64,000 bases of DNA from Chrysomallon squamiferum (taxonomy: Eukaryota; Animalia; Mollusca): positions 26,350,001-26,414,000 of the forward strand of contig CM022673.1 of NCBI GenBank assembly GCA_012295275.1, given 5' to 3'. A program made the translations under genes and the position numbers. The notes below the pieces were generated by a model. That model saw only the letters and a list, made by a program, of their open reading frames with translations, ran no database searches and was not told the DNA's origin. Positions 50,101 through 63,100 of this stretch are shown here, one piece after another; positions within the stretch are counted from its first letter, which is position 1; every line of letters begins with the position of its first letter.

Positions 50101-51831
50101 GCGAACATAAATCAGTTCTTGATGCTCGCAAAACCTTTATCTGTTCACTTATAAAAAAGCAAATCATTTTTATTTAATCACACACTATTAAATTATTAAT
50201 GTAAATTAGTTAATTACGTCACTGTCACTAGCATCCAATACAAAAACTATTTCAAAATAATAACATATTTATGGCAGAATATAAAATGAACACACTCTTT
50301 GACAGCTGGAGTCAACTGCTAAACAATGGACGCTTCCTGCATGCCCTCGACAAATGCACATGCAGTCCACTTCATTCTTCTGTTGATCCCACTGCCATAT
50401 GTTTATAGTCTGATCATGAGACCCTGTAATAAATGTGCTTTCTCTTTCACCTGTAAAAATAATAAATTAATAAATAAATAAATAAATAAATACAAAAGAA
50501 ATTAACAGGAACCAATTAGATATAATAATTTAATTCTTTAAACAACACCTGGTTAAAACTAAGAAAAACACAACAGTCATTACTAAAAATTAATTAGTGA
50601 AGATAAAAAACATATTGAGCAAATGAACGGAAATATCATCTTTGATGCATTTATTAGAGAAAACAATGTATTTAATTTGATTTTTTTTGTTTTGACATGA
50701 TTGTTCCCATGCATCTAATCTTTAAAAATAATTTGACGTCCAGAAAACAAAGAAATTAGTTTACCACTTTTGATCCATGAGACTGTCCCAACTGGAGCAG
50801 TGTGAGCTGGAATGGTCATCAGTGATTTACCATCAGTGGTCCATAATCTTGCTGTGTTGTCATAGCAGCCTGACAGAATGCTGCATTTGTAAAATGATAA
50901 ATATATTCAAACAAATAAACAAAAGGAACCAACATATACATATATAATGAGCACATGTCTGTTAAAAAAAAAAAAAAAGGGAAAAAAAAAGAAATTACTG
51001 ATTGGATCTAAAACAAATTTCCTTCATTACAATTATTTATGATATTATCCATTTCAATTTATTATTATTGTCTTACTCTATAAATTTATTTCAGTCTTAT
51101 TTAAGATTCAAGCATCAGCTTTCCAAACTTTTCATCCACCTGATAACCTTTTTCCAAATCTCAGGTTATACAGAAAATTATAAGCATACTTACTATTTAT
51201 TTGCTCCATGAACACTACTAACCCAGTCATCATGAAGCAGTGAGTTTTCTGGTTCTGGGGCTGGAAACCTTTCTACATATTCAATCTCAACAACAGTTTC
51301 CTGTAAATAAACATTATCATTCACGTTTTCAATATTCTGGAGGATAACAAAGTAATGTTATAAATTTAGTCATAACAAACTATATTTATGGAATACATAA
51401 ACAAAATTCCCTCCAATATAATGATGTTATTCTTTAAAATTCATAGAGTATTTGAACATTATAACTAGTAATTATTCAACTGTAGAAGACTTAAATGAAA
51501 TGTAGATAAAGTAAATGACTGTGGTTTAATCTTTAAAGAAAACAGACTATGATGATAAGTCTTTCTTTTACTATTAAATATTTGTACACTGATAAAAACA
51601 ATCATTCAGTATATAAAAATATTACTTATACACACCAGTGATATTCCTTTTTCTTGAAGATGCTTTTCAAGTGTAACTCTGAGTATTTCTCCATCAATGA
51701 GAAAATCGAACTGTTGTCGTTTGACACTATCATCATCTATTAGCATTCGCAGATAAATGAAAAGTATTTTTAGTTTTCAGAACCATATTAAAAAATATAA
51801 TTTTATAATTATATCATTATCATCATCATCA

Positions 51832-51874
<43 letters not shown>

Positions 51875-52336
51875 TTTTTTTTTTAATTGTAAAGAAATAT
51901 TTTTGTATTACGTGTCACACTTTTACACTGAAGATTCAAATCTCAGGACTACATGGCCGTTCTCGGGCGGGGATTGACTAATAATTAAAGAACAAATCAA
52001 ATGCATAGCAAAAAACAAAGCTGAAAGATTCGTCAAGATAAAGATCTAAACTGAATCAGTGAATGTTAACTTAAGAATCTTACCACTCAATAAACCATTA
52101 ATAAGATCACTCAGTTCCTTTCTTGAAACATTTGATGGTACTGAAAAAGGAGAATCAGGGACAGCAGCACTGCAAAACAATTTAATATATATTATCAAAT
52201 CTGTTACAGCTTTTAAAAACAACAAATTATAATACTATCTACGAAACAACATTTATTTCGAAACTGTATAATAGAGCAAAACTTACAGTTTTTGTTTAGT
52301 GAAAAACTTTGCTTGCACGTGAGGAACGTCTTCCAT
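47189..52336 (-). CDS. WDR12: Ribosome biogenesis protein WDR12/Ytm1 (PeBoW complex; NLE/UBL domain plus WD40 propeller), 12 exons, 424 aa
   Basis: Minus-strand exons 52336-52287, 52169-52084, 51736-51636, 51300-51194, 50880-50765, 50450-50296, 49625-49580, 49095-49001, 48660-48520, 48264-48159, 47753-47621 and 47327-47189 total 1275 nt in phase. Motifs [104 protein letters not shown]. An AATAAA follows just after the stop on the minus strand. Confidence 0.96.
49708..49810 (-). mobile_element. Degenerate SINE-like remnant
   Basis: CATAGGCTACTC..ATTAATAGCAA..TTTTGTACATATTTCCCCACAGATAGGAAAGCTCATAC resembles, from memory, the body of an abundant gastropod tRNA-derived SINE. It is weakly reverse-complementary to 61300-61405. 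Not database-verified. Confidence 0.45.
49832..49991. repeat. ~160-bp foldback / long imperfect inverted repeat (MITE-like) in WDR12 intron 6
   Basis: Arms of ~70 bp: ATCTGACT..TGAAAAGTATGATAGTAACATTGATTTCAACAATAAAAAT pairs with ATTTTTATTGTTGAAATCAATATTATTATCACATTTTTCA..AGTCAGAT around a ~21-nt loop. Confidence 0.9.
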
Positions 52337-53358
52337 GTTGATAAAACTAATAATCGAATCTCTTTTTGGAGAGTTCCTACAATGGGTACATAATTTCAAT
52401 GATAAACATTTTTTACATTTTTCTACAATATTGTCTCTTCTTTAATAATAATGTGTTTAAATATCAGCTTTTCTCAATGGTTTTTATTTTTAATATTATG
52501 ATTTTTTTTTTTTTTTTTTTTTAAGGATATTGTTTTAAGTAGGAAACACAATAACTTTCCTAGAAATTGAATCTTCAGATACCATTCTCAGACGATCACT
52601 CAGTGTGCGATGGATCATTTTGGATGAAAAAGAAAGTGCAGGTTCAATGCAATAAACAAAGAAAATAATAGTTTATTTTGTAAATGAATAATTAATATTA
52701 ATAAAGAAAATATAACTATAAACAATATTTAACTAATTTGCAGGTTTCATTCGCAAAAATAGGCGTTTACAGGAAATATATATTAAAAATTAAAACAATC
52801 TTATTAATGCGTAAAAAACTGTCAACAGAATTCGCCCTGTATTTTCATTATTGTGTGTATGCGGGCATTCATTGCTTAAATATAATCCTGTTTAAACAAA
52901 TATGAAAAAAAAAAAAAAAAAAAAAAAAACCGTCTAATTCTTTACTTTAAAATAACACCAACACAATTTATTTATGTTTAAAATAGTAAACAACGAACAA
53001 CACTCCCCAATTTCCACCTCAAAAAAAGTAAAAACAAACAAAAAAAACGACAAAAAAAAAAACAACATTCTAAAATAATTTTCTTTTTAATTTAAAACAC
53101 ATCACTAGATTATAATGTATCTGTTTAGGCCTTATTTAGTTAGCGTATATCCATTTACCCAATCGTAGTAACTGATAAGTGTGATGGCTATGAGCTGAAA
53201 CAAGCCAATAGAAAACTTCGAAACAAATCCTAAAGGAACAAATAACTTCACTTCCGTGTTATTAGTCCGAATTGAACTTCAAGTTAAGGAAGAGAGGTAT
53301 CAAAATCCCCAATTATGTGCAAAACTGTCATATATTTCATTATATTGCACACCCAGAA
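52337..53358. promoter_or_regulatory. Divergent (head-to-head) promoter region shared by WDR12 and the RhoGAP gene
   Basis: Start codons are 1,022 bp apart on opposite strands. CCAAT box (AGCCAATAG ~53202) and ETS/GABP-like CACTTCCG (~53249), with scattered CpGs. Confidence 0.6.
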
Positions 53359-55664
53359 ATGTCTCTAAGTACGGAAAAGGGTGTTGTTGTTGTTCTCTTT
53401 GACTATACATACGAATCAGAAACAGGAACCGTGTGCATGAAAACAGGTGACGAATATATCTTGATAGATAAAACTAACGATGAATGGTGGCATGTACGAC
53501 GACAAGATGACTATGAATCGTTTTACGTTCCTGCTCAGTATGTCAGACTGTATGATGAAGAAGACAGCGATATATCTTGTCCAAATACACCGTATCTAGA
53601 TGAAAAGAAAGATGGTGTCTTTTCAACGAGCGACGATAAGGAAGCACCTCGACCCGAGCCTGAGGGGGGAGATTCGGAACATAATAACAATGTTTATTCT
53701 GGTAGCAAGCATAAGGCAGACTTGCAGCGAGAAGATTCCGAACCGAGTTATGTAAACCTTGATGAATTCAGATCAGCAAGTAACATTAACAACAGTGTAT
53801 GTATGATTTGATACCATCACGTTAGACAAAAAGTAAATAAAGAGATGTGTTCAGCATTGTGATTACGTTAAATATGGGATTAAATAATATTAATGACCAG
53901 CTTATGCAGTAGTTGAATAAGGACCTTTCTTAATCGTAGTTAATGTTTTATAATTTAGCTTCATCTAGAAATTGAAGAGCATTTTACATAATATTTGAAA
54001 TGTGAAAGTAGGATAAAGAAACTGGTTTTATTAGAAAAAAACAGCTTTTCTCTTAAAGAAATTATTTAAAAAAAAAAAAAAAAAAATCTTTACAGACAAG
54101 GAGTAGTGACAATAAAATCGTTATTAAAGGCAGAATAAATGAAATTTTCGTCATAAACTTTCCAAACCCATTACATAGTTTTTACACCTTTGGAAAAGTT
54201 AAATTCATAAAAACGAAGAGCATGGTGAACTGAAATCCCAGTAATTCACTCAACACATTCCTGTAATCATAAAAGCATATTTAAAAAATAATAATAATAA
54301 AAATTGTAGAAATTTTGTCAAATGTTGCTTTTGACTGTCTAAATTGATAATAAACAAACATATATAAGAACTCATTTTATGCTGTAGAAAATCTCAAAGA
54401 ATATAATCCGCTTGGAGCCTCCACTCCTATAATTAGAACATTTTTAATATTTTTAACTATTATTAAACATCACCAAGTTTTAATAGTTACAATTTATTTG
54501 TGTGAATTTTTATTTGTTTATTTATTTTTTTTAATTAATTTCTGCAATGAAATTCAAGAAAGCTTTTAAAAAAAAAAAAAAAAAGAATAATCTTAATAAT
54601 TATAATAATATGGCTCATATTTTTCAGATTAACAGAAAAGTGAAATATTTAGCCTACAGGACTTAGTTTGTTCATTAATATTCATCAGTATTCTGCAACA
54701 TAGTATAGAAATTGCATGTCTTTATTGTTCCAGTAGTTTCATTTTAAATATCAGGTTTCTTAAAAATTTTAAAAACAGTCCAAGAAAATAAAAAAAATTA
54801 CATATGGATTTATGATATTTTAAATGACAATTCACATTTTGACTGTTCTGTTTTATTAAATGATTTGGATGCATAAGTAATGAATTACATACACATACAT
54901 TTTAAACAATTTTGCTGATAATCTTTCTGTTCTTTATGCATAGATTCCCTGTTTTGACCTAGAGCTAATACATTTGGCACAGAAACATGGTGTTCAGATG
55001 ATAAATGTTTGTATATGATTTATATGACCCTGGGGTTACTTTGATATGGAAAAGATAGATAACAAAATTCATCAATATATTGTTTATCCACTGGAATATT
55101 TGAGGAATGCTGTTATTTTATTGGAAGCCAGGCACCTCTTGATAAAACGTTAACTGATATTAACTGATACTGGATACAGACAAGACTTGTTGGAAATAGA
55201 AGATATCAGTGTTATAAGAAAATTATTATTCTTGATAATACACAACATCAAAATAGTTAGTAGTGGACATGCAGTTATGCCCCATTATACTTCACATACT
55301 TAACTATACAAATCAGTGGTTTTAGTAATGTTGATTGAAACTGTATTGCATCACTAAAATTGGAAAGATCATTCTGTTTATGTTATATTATAATTATAAA
55401 CAAAAATAATATTTTTACAGTAACTTGATCCAGAGAAGAAAGTAGTAACAGTAGCAAATATATGTGCTGTTGTTTACATGTGTGTGTGACAGAGAAAGTA
55501 ATTATGTTGAGAAAGTGGATTTATGTGCTTTTATTTGTATTATATTATTTATTAGAATTTTGTTCTAACACATCAAACTCTTAATGTTTTGCATTTCTTT
55601 GTTTAACTTTTTATTATTCTTTTTTTAATTTTTTAAATATTTTATCTATATATCTATCTATCTA

Positions 55665-55712
<48 letters not shown>

Positions 55713-58700
55713 TTAAGCAGGGAAATACTATTTATGCCAATGTTGAGTTTAAGCAGACAGAATCACCCAGTCCTCCATCCCTAGAAGAAGGTACGTTTCA
55801 GCGTCATCTGGTTCCATATTTACCTTGGGATGTGTACAAGGAAACAAAAACAGGCAGATTATTCTACCACAACAGAGAAACTGATGAGCGAATGTGGAAA
55901 CCTCCAAGAAAAGATAAATCTCTTTCTGGAGGAAACAGAGAACAACTTATTGTAAGTCAGTTATTTTCACATTTGTAATTATATTTACCATTATCAGCAA
56001 CATAAAATACAACTGTTAAAAGCTTAAGCAGTTAACGAAATCTTCTAATGATTTTGCACGTCATTAAAACAGGCTGAATTTTTCAAGAGACATAATAGTT
56101 ACAGTTATTGTAAACAACTGATATTATATATATTATTATATATATATTCTCATGTGAATTTTATTTTTATTTATTTTTATTTTTTTAAATAGTAATCAGT
56201 TAAAAGAAAAAATTTTTATTACTGGTCATTTCATAAATTTAATAATATATTACTATATTAATTATTTATCTATAGAAATCATCACCTACTAAACCAGCAT
56301 TCCCAACTGATTCTGAACCTTCTGATAAGATACCTCCAGAGTATGAGGAAGCAAAGGAAGATGGAAATGTTGTCTACATTCATAAAAAAACAAGCCAAAA
56401 GGTGATTTATCTATCTATTTGCTTTACTTTGCTTTTACTTTGTGGCTGTTATTATTATGTTTTCATTTCTAATACAGGTTCTTCATCAGTTAAGCAAATC
56501 GGAATTTAAATAAATCAAACTTTAAAGAAATACTTTGAATCTCTGTACAATTATGATCACTTGGATTTTTAGTGTTAATAACTGGTAAAGCAAACAGAGA
56601 AGTGAAAAAGACACATACCAGGGAGTAGCAGATTTTCATACTTTGTTTATTCATAACATTATGGCTATTAAAAGAACATGAGCCAAATTTTGGATTGTTG
56701 AAAGAATGAAACAGAAATTAATTGTTTTTGTTTACAAAACATTATATATTATTTTAATAATACTTGGAATATATACTCTTTTTACAGTTATTTTCAGATA
56801 CAGTTGAATAAACAATAAAATTTGTTTGAAGTCAAAAGGACTGTTTTTGCAAATTAAATGAAAACTAAAATCTGATTTGTTTTAACTTTTTTAAAACAAA
56901 AAAATTAATATTATCTTGTTTTAGTTTTTAAATTAATTATCAGCCTTTAATTTTTTGCAATTTTTTATGTTTTAGTGGTATTCGAAACTAGATGAAAGTG
57001 GGCGCAGGTATTTCTATACTGATGGCAAGGAGGAGTCATTTTGGGAACTTCCCAGTACAGGACAGGTAAGTGTTTTATATCTGTTGAATTTATATAAAAT
57101 TCTGTTTACTAACAGTACTTCCTTTCTAACTGAATCTTTACAACAAGAGAATGGCTTTGTTTTTATAGTGTATAGTGATACATATTTATTAGTAAGAAAC
57201 TAGTATTGCACATTATCTGCAAGTATGTAAGTTAACATTGTAAAATATTTATTATTATATTAAGTTGAGCTTTATTTATAATTTCCTTTTTTAAGTTGTT
57301 GGTTATAGCTGTGATTTTTCAGGAATTTTTATATTATAATATTTTATTTTATTTTTTTAAATTTCTTATTGTTATTGTTATTATTATTTTTTTTTTTTGT
57401 TGACATTTTAGGTTTGAAATGATAAAAGAAAATATCTGCCTCCAATCAAACTTACAAGCATGTTATTTTGTTATACATTATCTTTTAGAATTATCTTTTA
57501 ACAAAAATAATTTTTAAAAGAAATCCCACGATTTCAACACACTGATGTACCACAAAGGTACCGACATTAAATTTATAATAAAGATTAACGTTGCTGTAAT
57601 TAATTAACTGTTTGCATTTCTCAGCAGAATGGCGAGGCCTCAGAAGAGCCTAATTTTGCTAGTAACAGGAGAAATGTTGAGAGAATGTTTAAAGTCAAAT
57701 CACTGTACGAGCCTCATGATGGACGACAATCTACGAATGTTCAGGAGCGATCATCAACCCTGCCACCCAGTTTCATATTCGCTGGAAACCATCCCAGTGC
57801 TGTACGTATATCATTTGGCTACAGTTACGCATCTGTCGTAATATTGTTTTTGTTCTCAAAAACCCTCCTAATAATCAAATTATAATATTCACCTCCACAT
57901 TCCCAGAAGATTAAATACAGTTTTATTTTCGTTTGCTGTCTTTTCAATGCATGTATTGTTATTAAGTGTTTTAAGACAACAAATTATTTCAATATTTTCA
58001 GTCTGCCTCGCGTGTTTTTCCTTCACAGCAATCAGAAGCGAGCATGCTCAATTCAAAAGTTTGTTTCGAGGTAAAACAAAATAAATAAATAAAAACAAAT
58101 AAATGTTACTGTTTGTATTGTAAGAGATGACTAAGATTCTTAGAAGGTTCAGTAATTCTTGTTCTGACTTTAAAATAGTATTCATGATGTGACAGATATT
58201 TTTATAAAGAGTGAAGCGTATCGTATTTAAATGTAGTTACAGAAATTACCTTCATTTCACATAGGTTATTTTTTTTTTTTTTTTTTTTTTGTGTTTACTA
58301 TTGAGGAATATTTGCCTAAAATAGAGATTGTAATATAATATATATTATATATTCCACAGGAACAGTTGTGTGGAGTCTTGAACAAAGCCAGAATTGCAGA
58401 AGTTGGGAAAAAAGTCAAGTATGTAATTAACTATAGCATTTAGTTCAAAACATAAATAAGATTTATATTGCACATATATATTCCCTGCATTAAAGGTCCA
58501 TCTGAACCTAATTTTTGTTCTGATTTTGTCCGAATTTTGTTAGCTAAGTAAAAACCATTAATTTTTTGATTGTACATTCTGTTCTTTGTTTTGTGCATCA
58601 GGCTGTGTGCACATTCATATGCATGCTGTGTATTTAATCTTACAGATATTAGAAATTTTAAATACAAGGATTGCCATTTCAAAGAAAGGCTGTATAATCT

Positions 58701-60150
58701 CTATGTTTTTCAAGTTTTTATTCTCAAATCAAATAAATGAAACACTTAACCTGAAATCACATTAAAGAAAGTATATTTGTCATCAAAACTATGGTTAAGT
58801 GGAGGGTTTTGGTTGTTTTTGGGGGGGTTAATTTATCGTAATAATAAGGATGTTGTTATGAAATAGAATTAATAAACTATCAATATTACCATAAAATAAA
58901 ATAAAATAATCATAAACATTTCCTATATAAGCAATTTTTAGAAGAATATTTTCCATTTTTCATTAAAACGATAGTTTGATATTAGTTGATAAAGCAGCTA
59001 AATGATAATGATTTTTTTTTCATTTCTTAAAACAAAAAAATAAAATGTTCAACTAATCAGGCTTGTTGTAAGTGGACAGATACATCTCTTATGAAGGTAT
59101 TACTTACATGAATGTGCTTGTTGATTTCAGCAATTTTATTCGACGAAACCAAAGGAAAGAAGTGTATGTCATTCTAATTACTTTGCTTATTTCCAGTTTC
59201 ATTTTAAAGTTTGAATAAGTTTTTTTTTAAAACTGTAAGATAAATAATTGCTATAGTGAATGAAGACTTTTTAATTCTAAAACTAACAACTGAGCACAAC
59301 TTTATTCATTATTTTCACTTTAAGAAAAATAAAATTCACAAATCTACTAAACTTTGAGAGAGAATAAGAATGTGTTATGGCACACCTACCTTTTGGGATT
59401 TTTTTACGTTTGCATTTTAAAGGGTATTTTTTGTTTTAATTATTTATTAATTGTTTATTTTTATTTGATGGTATTAATTACTCAAAATTTTAATTAAATA
59501 TTTGAAAATCACATCATGGTAATTATCCTAGAAAATGAGAAAGAATGTTTAAAATAATAGTAGATGTAATGTTCTAATGTAAAAGTCATACTTTGGTAAT
59601 TTTATGTAAAACAGAAAGTTAGTATATTTAAAAAAAAAAAATTAAAAAAGGTAATAAGCATTATATATTATTTATTCTTTCTTCATGCTTTGAAAAAAAT
59701 TGTTACAACAACATAAGTGGCTTTGGTTTGTGTTTATTATCCTCTCTCTGTTCTAATTATTATTATTTTTTATTTTTGTTTACTTTTTTTACTTTTCTTT
59801 TTTTCTGTAATATGACATCACTTGATTAAAACTTGAATAGTGTACCTCTCAAAAGTAAATCGTCTGTTTTTATTATCAGTGTTATCGTTACGTGACTTGA
59901 ATAGTAGATAATTACATTTCTGCTAGGTGAATGTTTAAAAAACCACTGTAGTATTCTTCTGTAGATGGTTGAGAGACTTGCTAGATTAGTTTTATTTGAA
60001 ATTATACCTCATTATAGCATCATTATATTTAGTGTAGAATTAACTAGTAAATGCATGTAGTGTGGTTGAAAAATAAAACAAATTTTATATCTAGAAACAT
60101 TTTTCATGAATGCTGTTTTAAATATATATATATATATATACACACACATC

Positions 60151-60184
<34 letters not shown>

Positions 60185-63100
60185 TCTATATATTTATTTT
60201 ATATTATTTAAATATATAATAACATTTAAAAAAAATAATAATAAAATGGAAAATAAAGATATATGAATACTAATTTTAAAAACTGGCATAATATTAATAA
60301 TATAATTTTTATTAATTTAATTTTTTTATTATTCATAATGAAAGTTACATATTACAGAATAGCAGATATTCTTGTTTTTTTATTTCATTTTTCACTTATT
60401 TATTATGGAAGGTAAATTATTATTATTTTCCAAAGTTAAAAAATATATTTTTAATTGTCATGGATATTTTTGTTTCTGATTTTAATTATATAATTCTATT
60501 TTGTTTTATCATCATCATCAATATCATTATTATTATTATTATTTTAATAATACTGTTATTATCATCACTAAGTTTGTTTTTTTTTAATTTATACTTTGAA
60601 AAATTTCAAAAACATTTATCTTCACCCAATTTTGTTGAAAATAGGTTTGGAAGTGTCCGATGTAGAAGAACTTACAGTTTCAGATCAAAGTATAATAAAT
60701 ATCATGATTTTGCACAGACCTTAACAATGGTGCTGGGTGAATTTCAACTGCATGATTAAAGTTCAATAAAAATATTTTTCCTTTGTCAATGGCTGATCAG
60801 GATTACGACTTCCAAAATCCATTTTGTTAGAATTCATAAATACCTTAAGGCTTTGAAAGTACTAATCAGACCTTTGCTATCTTCAAACTGCAACCCATTT
60901 TTAATTAATTGTTTTTTGGTTTTTTTTAATTTAATTATATAAAGTATGGGATTTTTTATTCTGGTCACAGTGTTTGTTTTCAGCAGATGGTGAGGTGAAT
61001 TATAAAAAATAAAAAAACACTGTAATATGGCTTTGAAAAAAACAGGACTTAGATGATGTGTATAAAATAGGAGTGATTTGTGCTATCTTGCAACTGACAA
61101 TTTTTGAAGTAGCTATGGTTATGAGTACTAACACATACATTTCTGTACAATGCATACTGAAAAAGAGGTCCGTTTTATTCTTTTTGCTTTGAGTTCAGGC
61201 AACCCAACTCTCTGGAGTAGAGTGAAATGTTGAAGGATCAGTCCAACTGTATCTATTTAGCCATTCCCCATACTTTCCAGTACCTAAGAGCATTTTTATA
61301 ATAAAAAGGCCACTATGTAATTACAGCTCCTACTGGATGAAACATATAAAAGATCCTTTCCTGATAACTGATGAATGTAACATTGAATGTAGACTACTGG
61401 TTTCCTTCCTTTCATCCCCATCATTAAAATATAAATGATTTAATATTTATTAAAGTTAATTTGTCATTCCTTTCACTATCTGTTGAAAATACTACATGTA
61501 TAGTTCCATATTTATTGAATGTGTGAACCTTTGTTGCAGTGTAATGACCAACTTCCAAATGAGCATGTCAAAATCCTGGCATGTTGTTTTAGAATACGGG
61601 CACAATTATTTACAAAGGGAGTAGTAACTGAACAATTTGTCAAATCCAAAATTATTTTATTGCTTTGATTCATTTTGTTTTTGTTTTCTTTTAAATTTTT
61701 AGTTGTTTTTTTGTTTTTTGTTTTTTTGTTGCATGTTTGGTGACGGTTGGTTGTTTCAAAACAAAAAAATAATTAAAAAAATAAATAAATCTCAATTTAC
61801 AGAGATGGAAGAGAATGTTTTTTTTTTTGTTGTGAATCAAAATTGATGATTGTGCTACTGATCAAAATGCAGAAAAAAATCCAAATTATGGCAGATAAAG
61901 TTATTTGAGAAGGATAGAGAAGATATTTATATTTTTGTGGAAATATATTTGGAAGTCATTAAAAACTTAAAAAATAATAATAATAATAATAGAAAATGAA
62001 AAAAAAAAGAATGTATTTCAAATTGAATTTTATCATTCATTAGTCCATTTGATCAACACATTTATTAGAAATCATTCATGTTTTGTTTTATTTTATAAAT
62101 TATTTTTAGAGTTAAAATTTTTTCCCTTAATGTGAATACAACTTTGTGATTTCTTATTTTTATCAATGAGTATCAATATATTAATATAACCAAAGTTGGT
62201 GTTTTTTGTCAATTTATAAATTTATTTTCTTTCTTTTTTATAACATAATCTGCAGCCATATTTTATATGGGTCTTGCGTTTACTTTTTTATATTTTAAAT
62301 AACAGATACAATATATTTTGTTAAATTGTTAAAATGCTTATGTAACATACTGTAGTACATCATAGTTAAATTCACATAATCAACATAAATCTGATTTCTT
62401 TCTTTTAAAAATAAAATTTCAGAAAAAACTGGAGTAGTTCCTATGTGGTGCTACATGAGTCCAATCTGGTCTTCTACAAAGATCAGAAAATGGCTGCCCA
62501 GAAAAGTGGCTTACCTTACGGCAAACCAGAAATAATTGTTAATATTCAAGGTGCAAAAATTGATTTTAATCCATCCAAAGATTTTACAAGCAAGAAAAAT
62601 GTCATCATGGTAAGTTTTATGGTTTTCTGGCAAAGAATTGCTTGAAACTTTTGAATCCATAATAGCTAAGTTTGTTTGAAAGTGAAAGAAAATATTTTCC
62701 AAAACGTTTTAAAACCCATTCAATTTTTTTTATTTTTATAATCAGAAATAAATAAAAGAAAATTACAGAAATTAAAAAACAAATAAAAATAAAATGAGAA
62801 ATAAAAGAAAAATACAAGAAGAAGATGGATCACATTTGTAATGCAGCATAACATCTTTCAAACCTTTGGAACCTGCTTGAAAGGACCTGCCTACAACTCC
62901 AACAGTGACTTACTGCACAGAAACACTGACAGCCATTTAACAGGTAAAGAACAAACAAAGATGGAAAGTATTATGTTAAAACATCACAACTGTGGACTGA
63001 AAAACAAATACCTGTATAAGAGAGAAAAGGTCACAGATGTTACTGCTGATCAGGTTAGAAGACAGAAGACATCAATAGAATCACAGTGAACATTGCATAT

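Noticed and set aside
60981-60995. 3- or 6-nt microexon CAG|CAG|ATG|GTGAGG in RhoGAP intron 7
   Set aside because: In the required phase 2 either version creates TGA at the downstream junction, and nothing else supports it.
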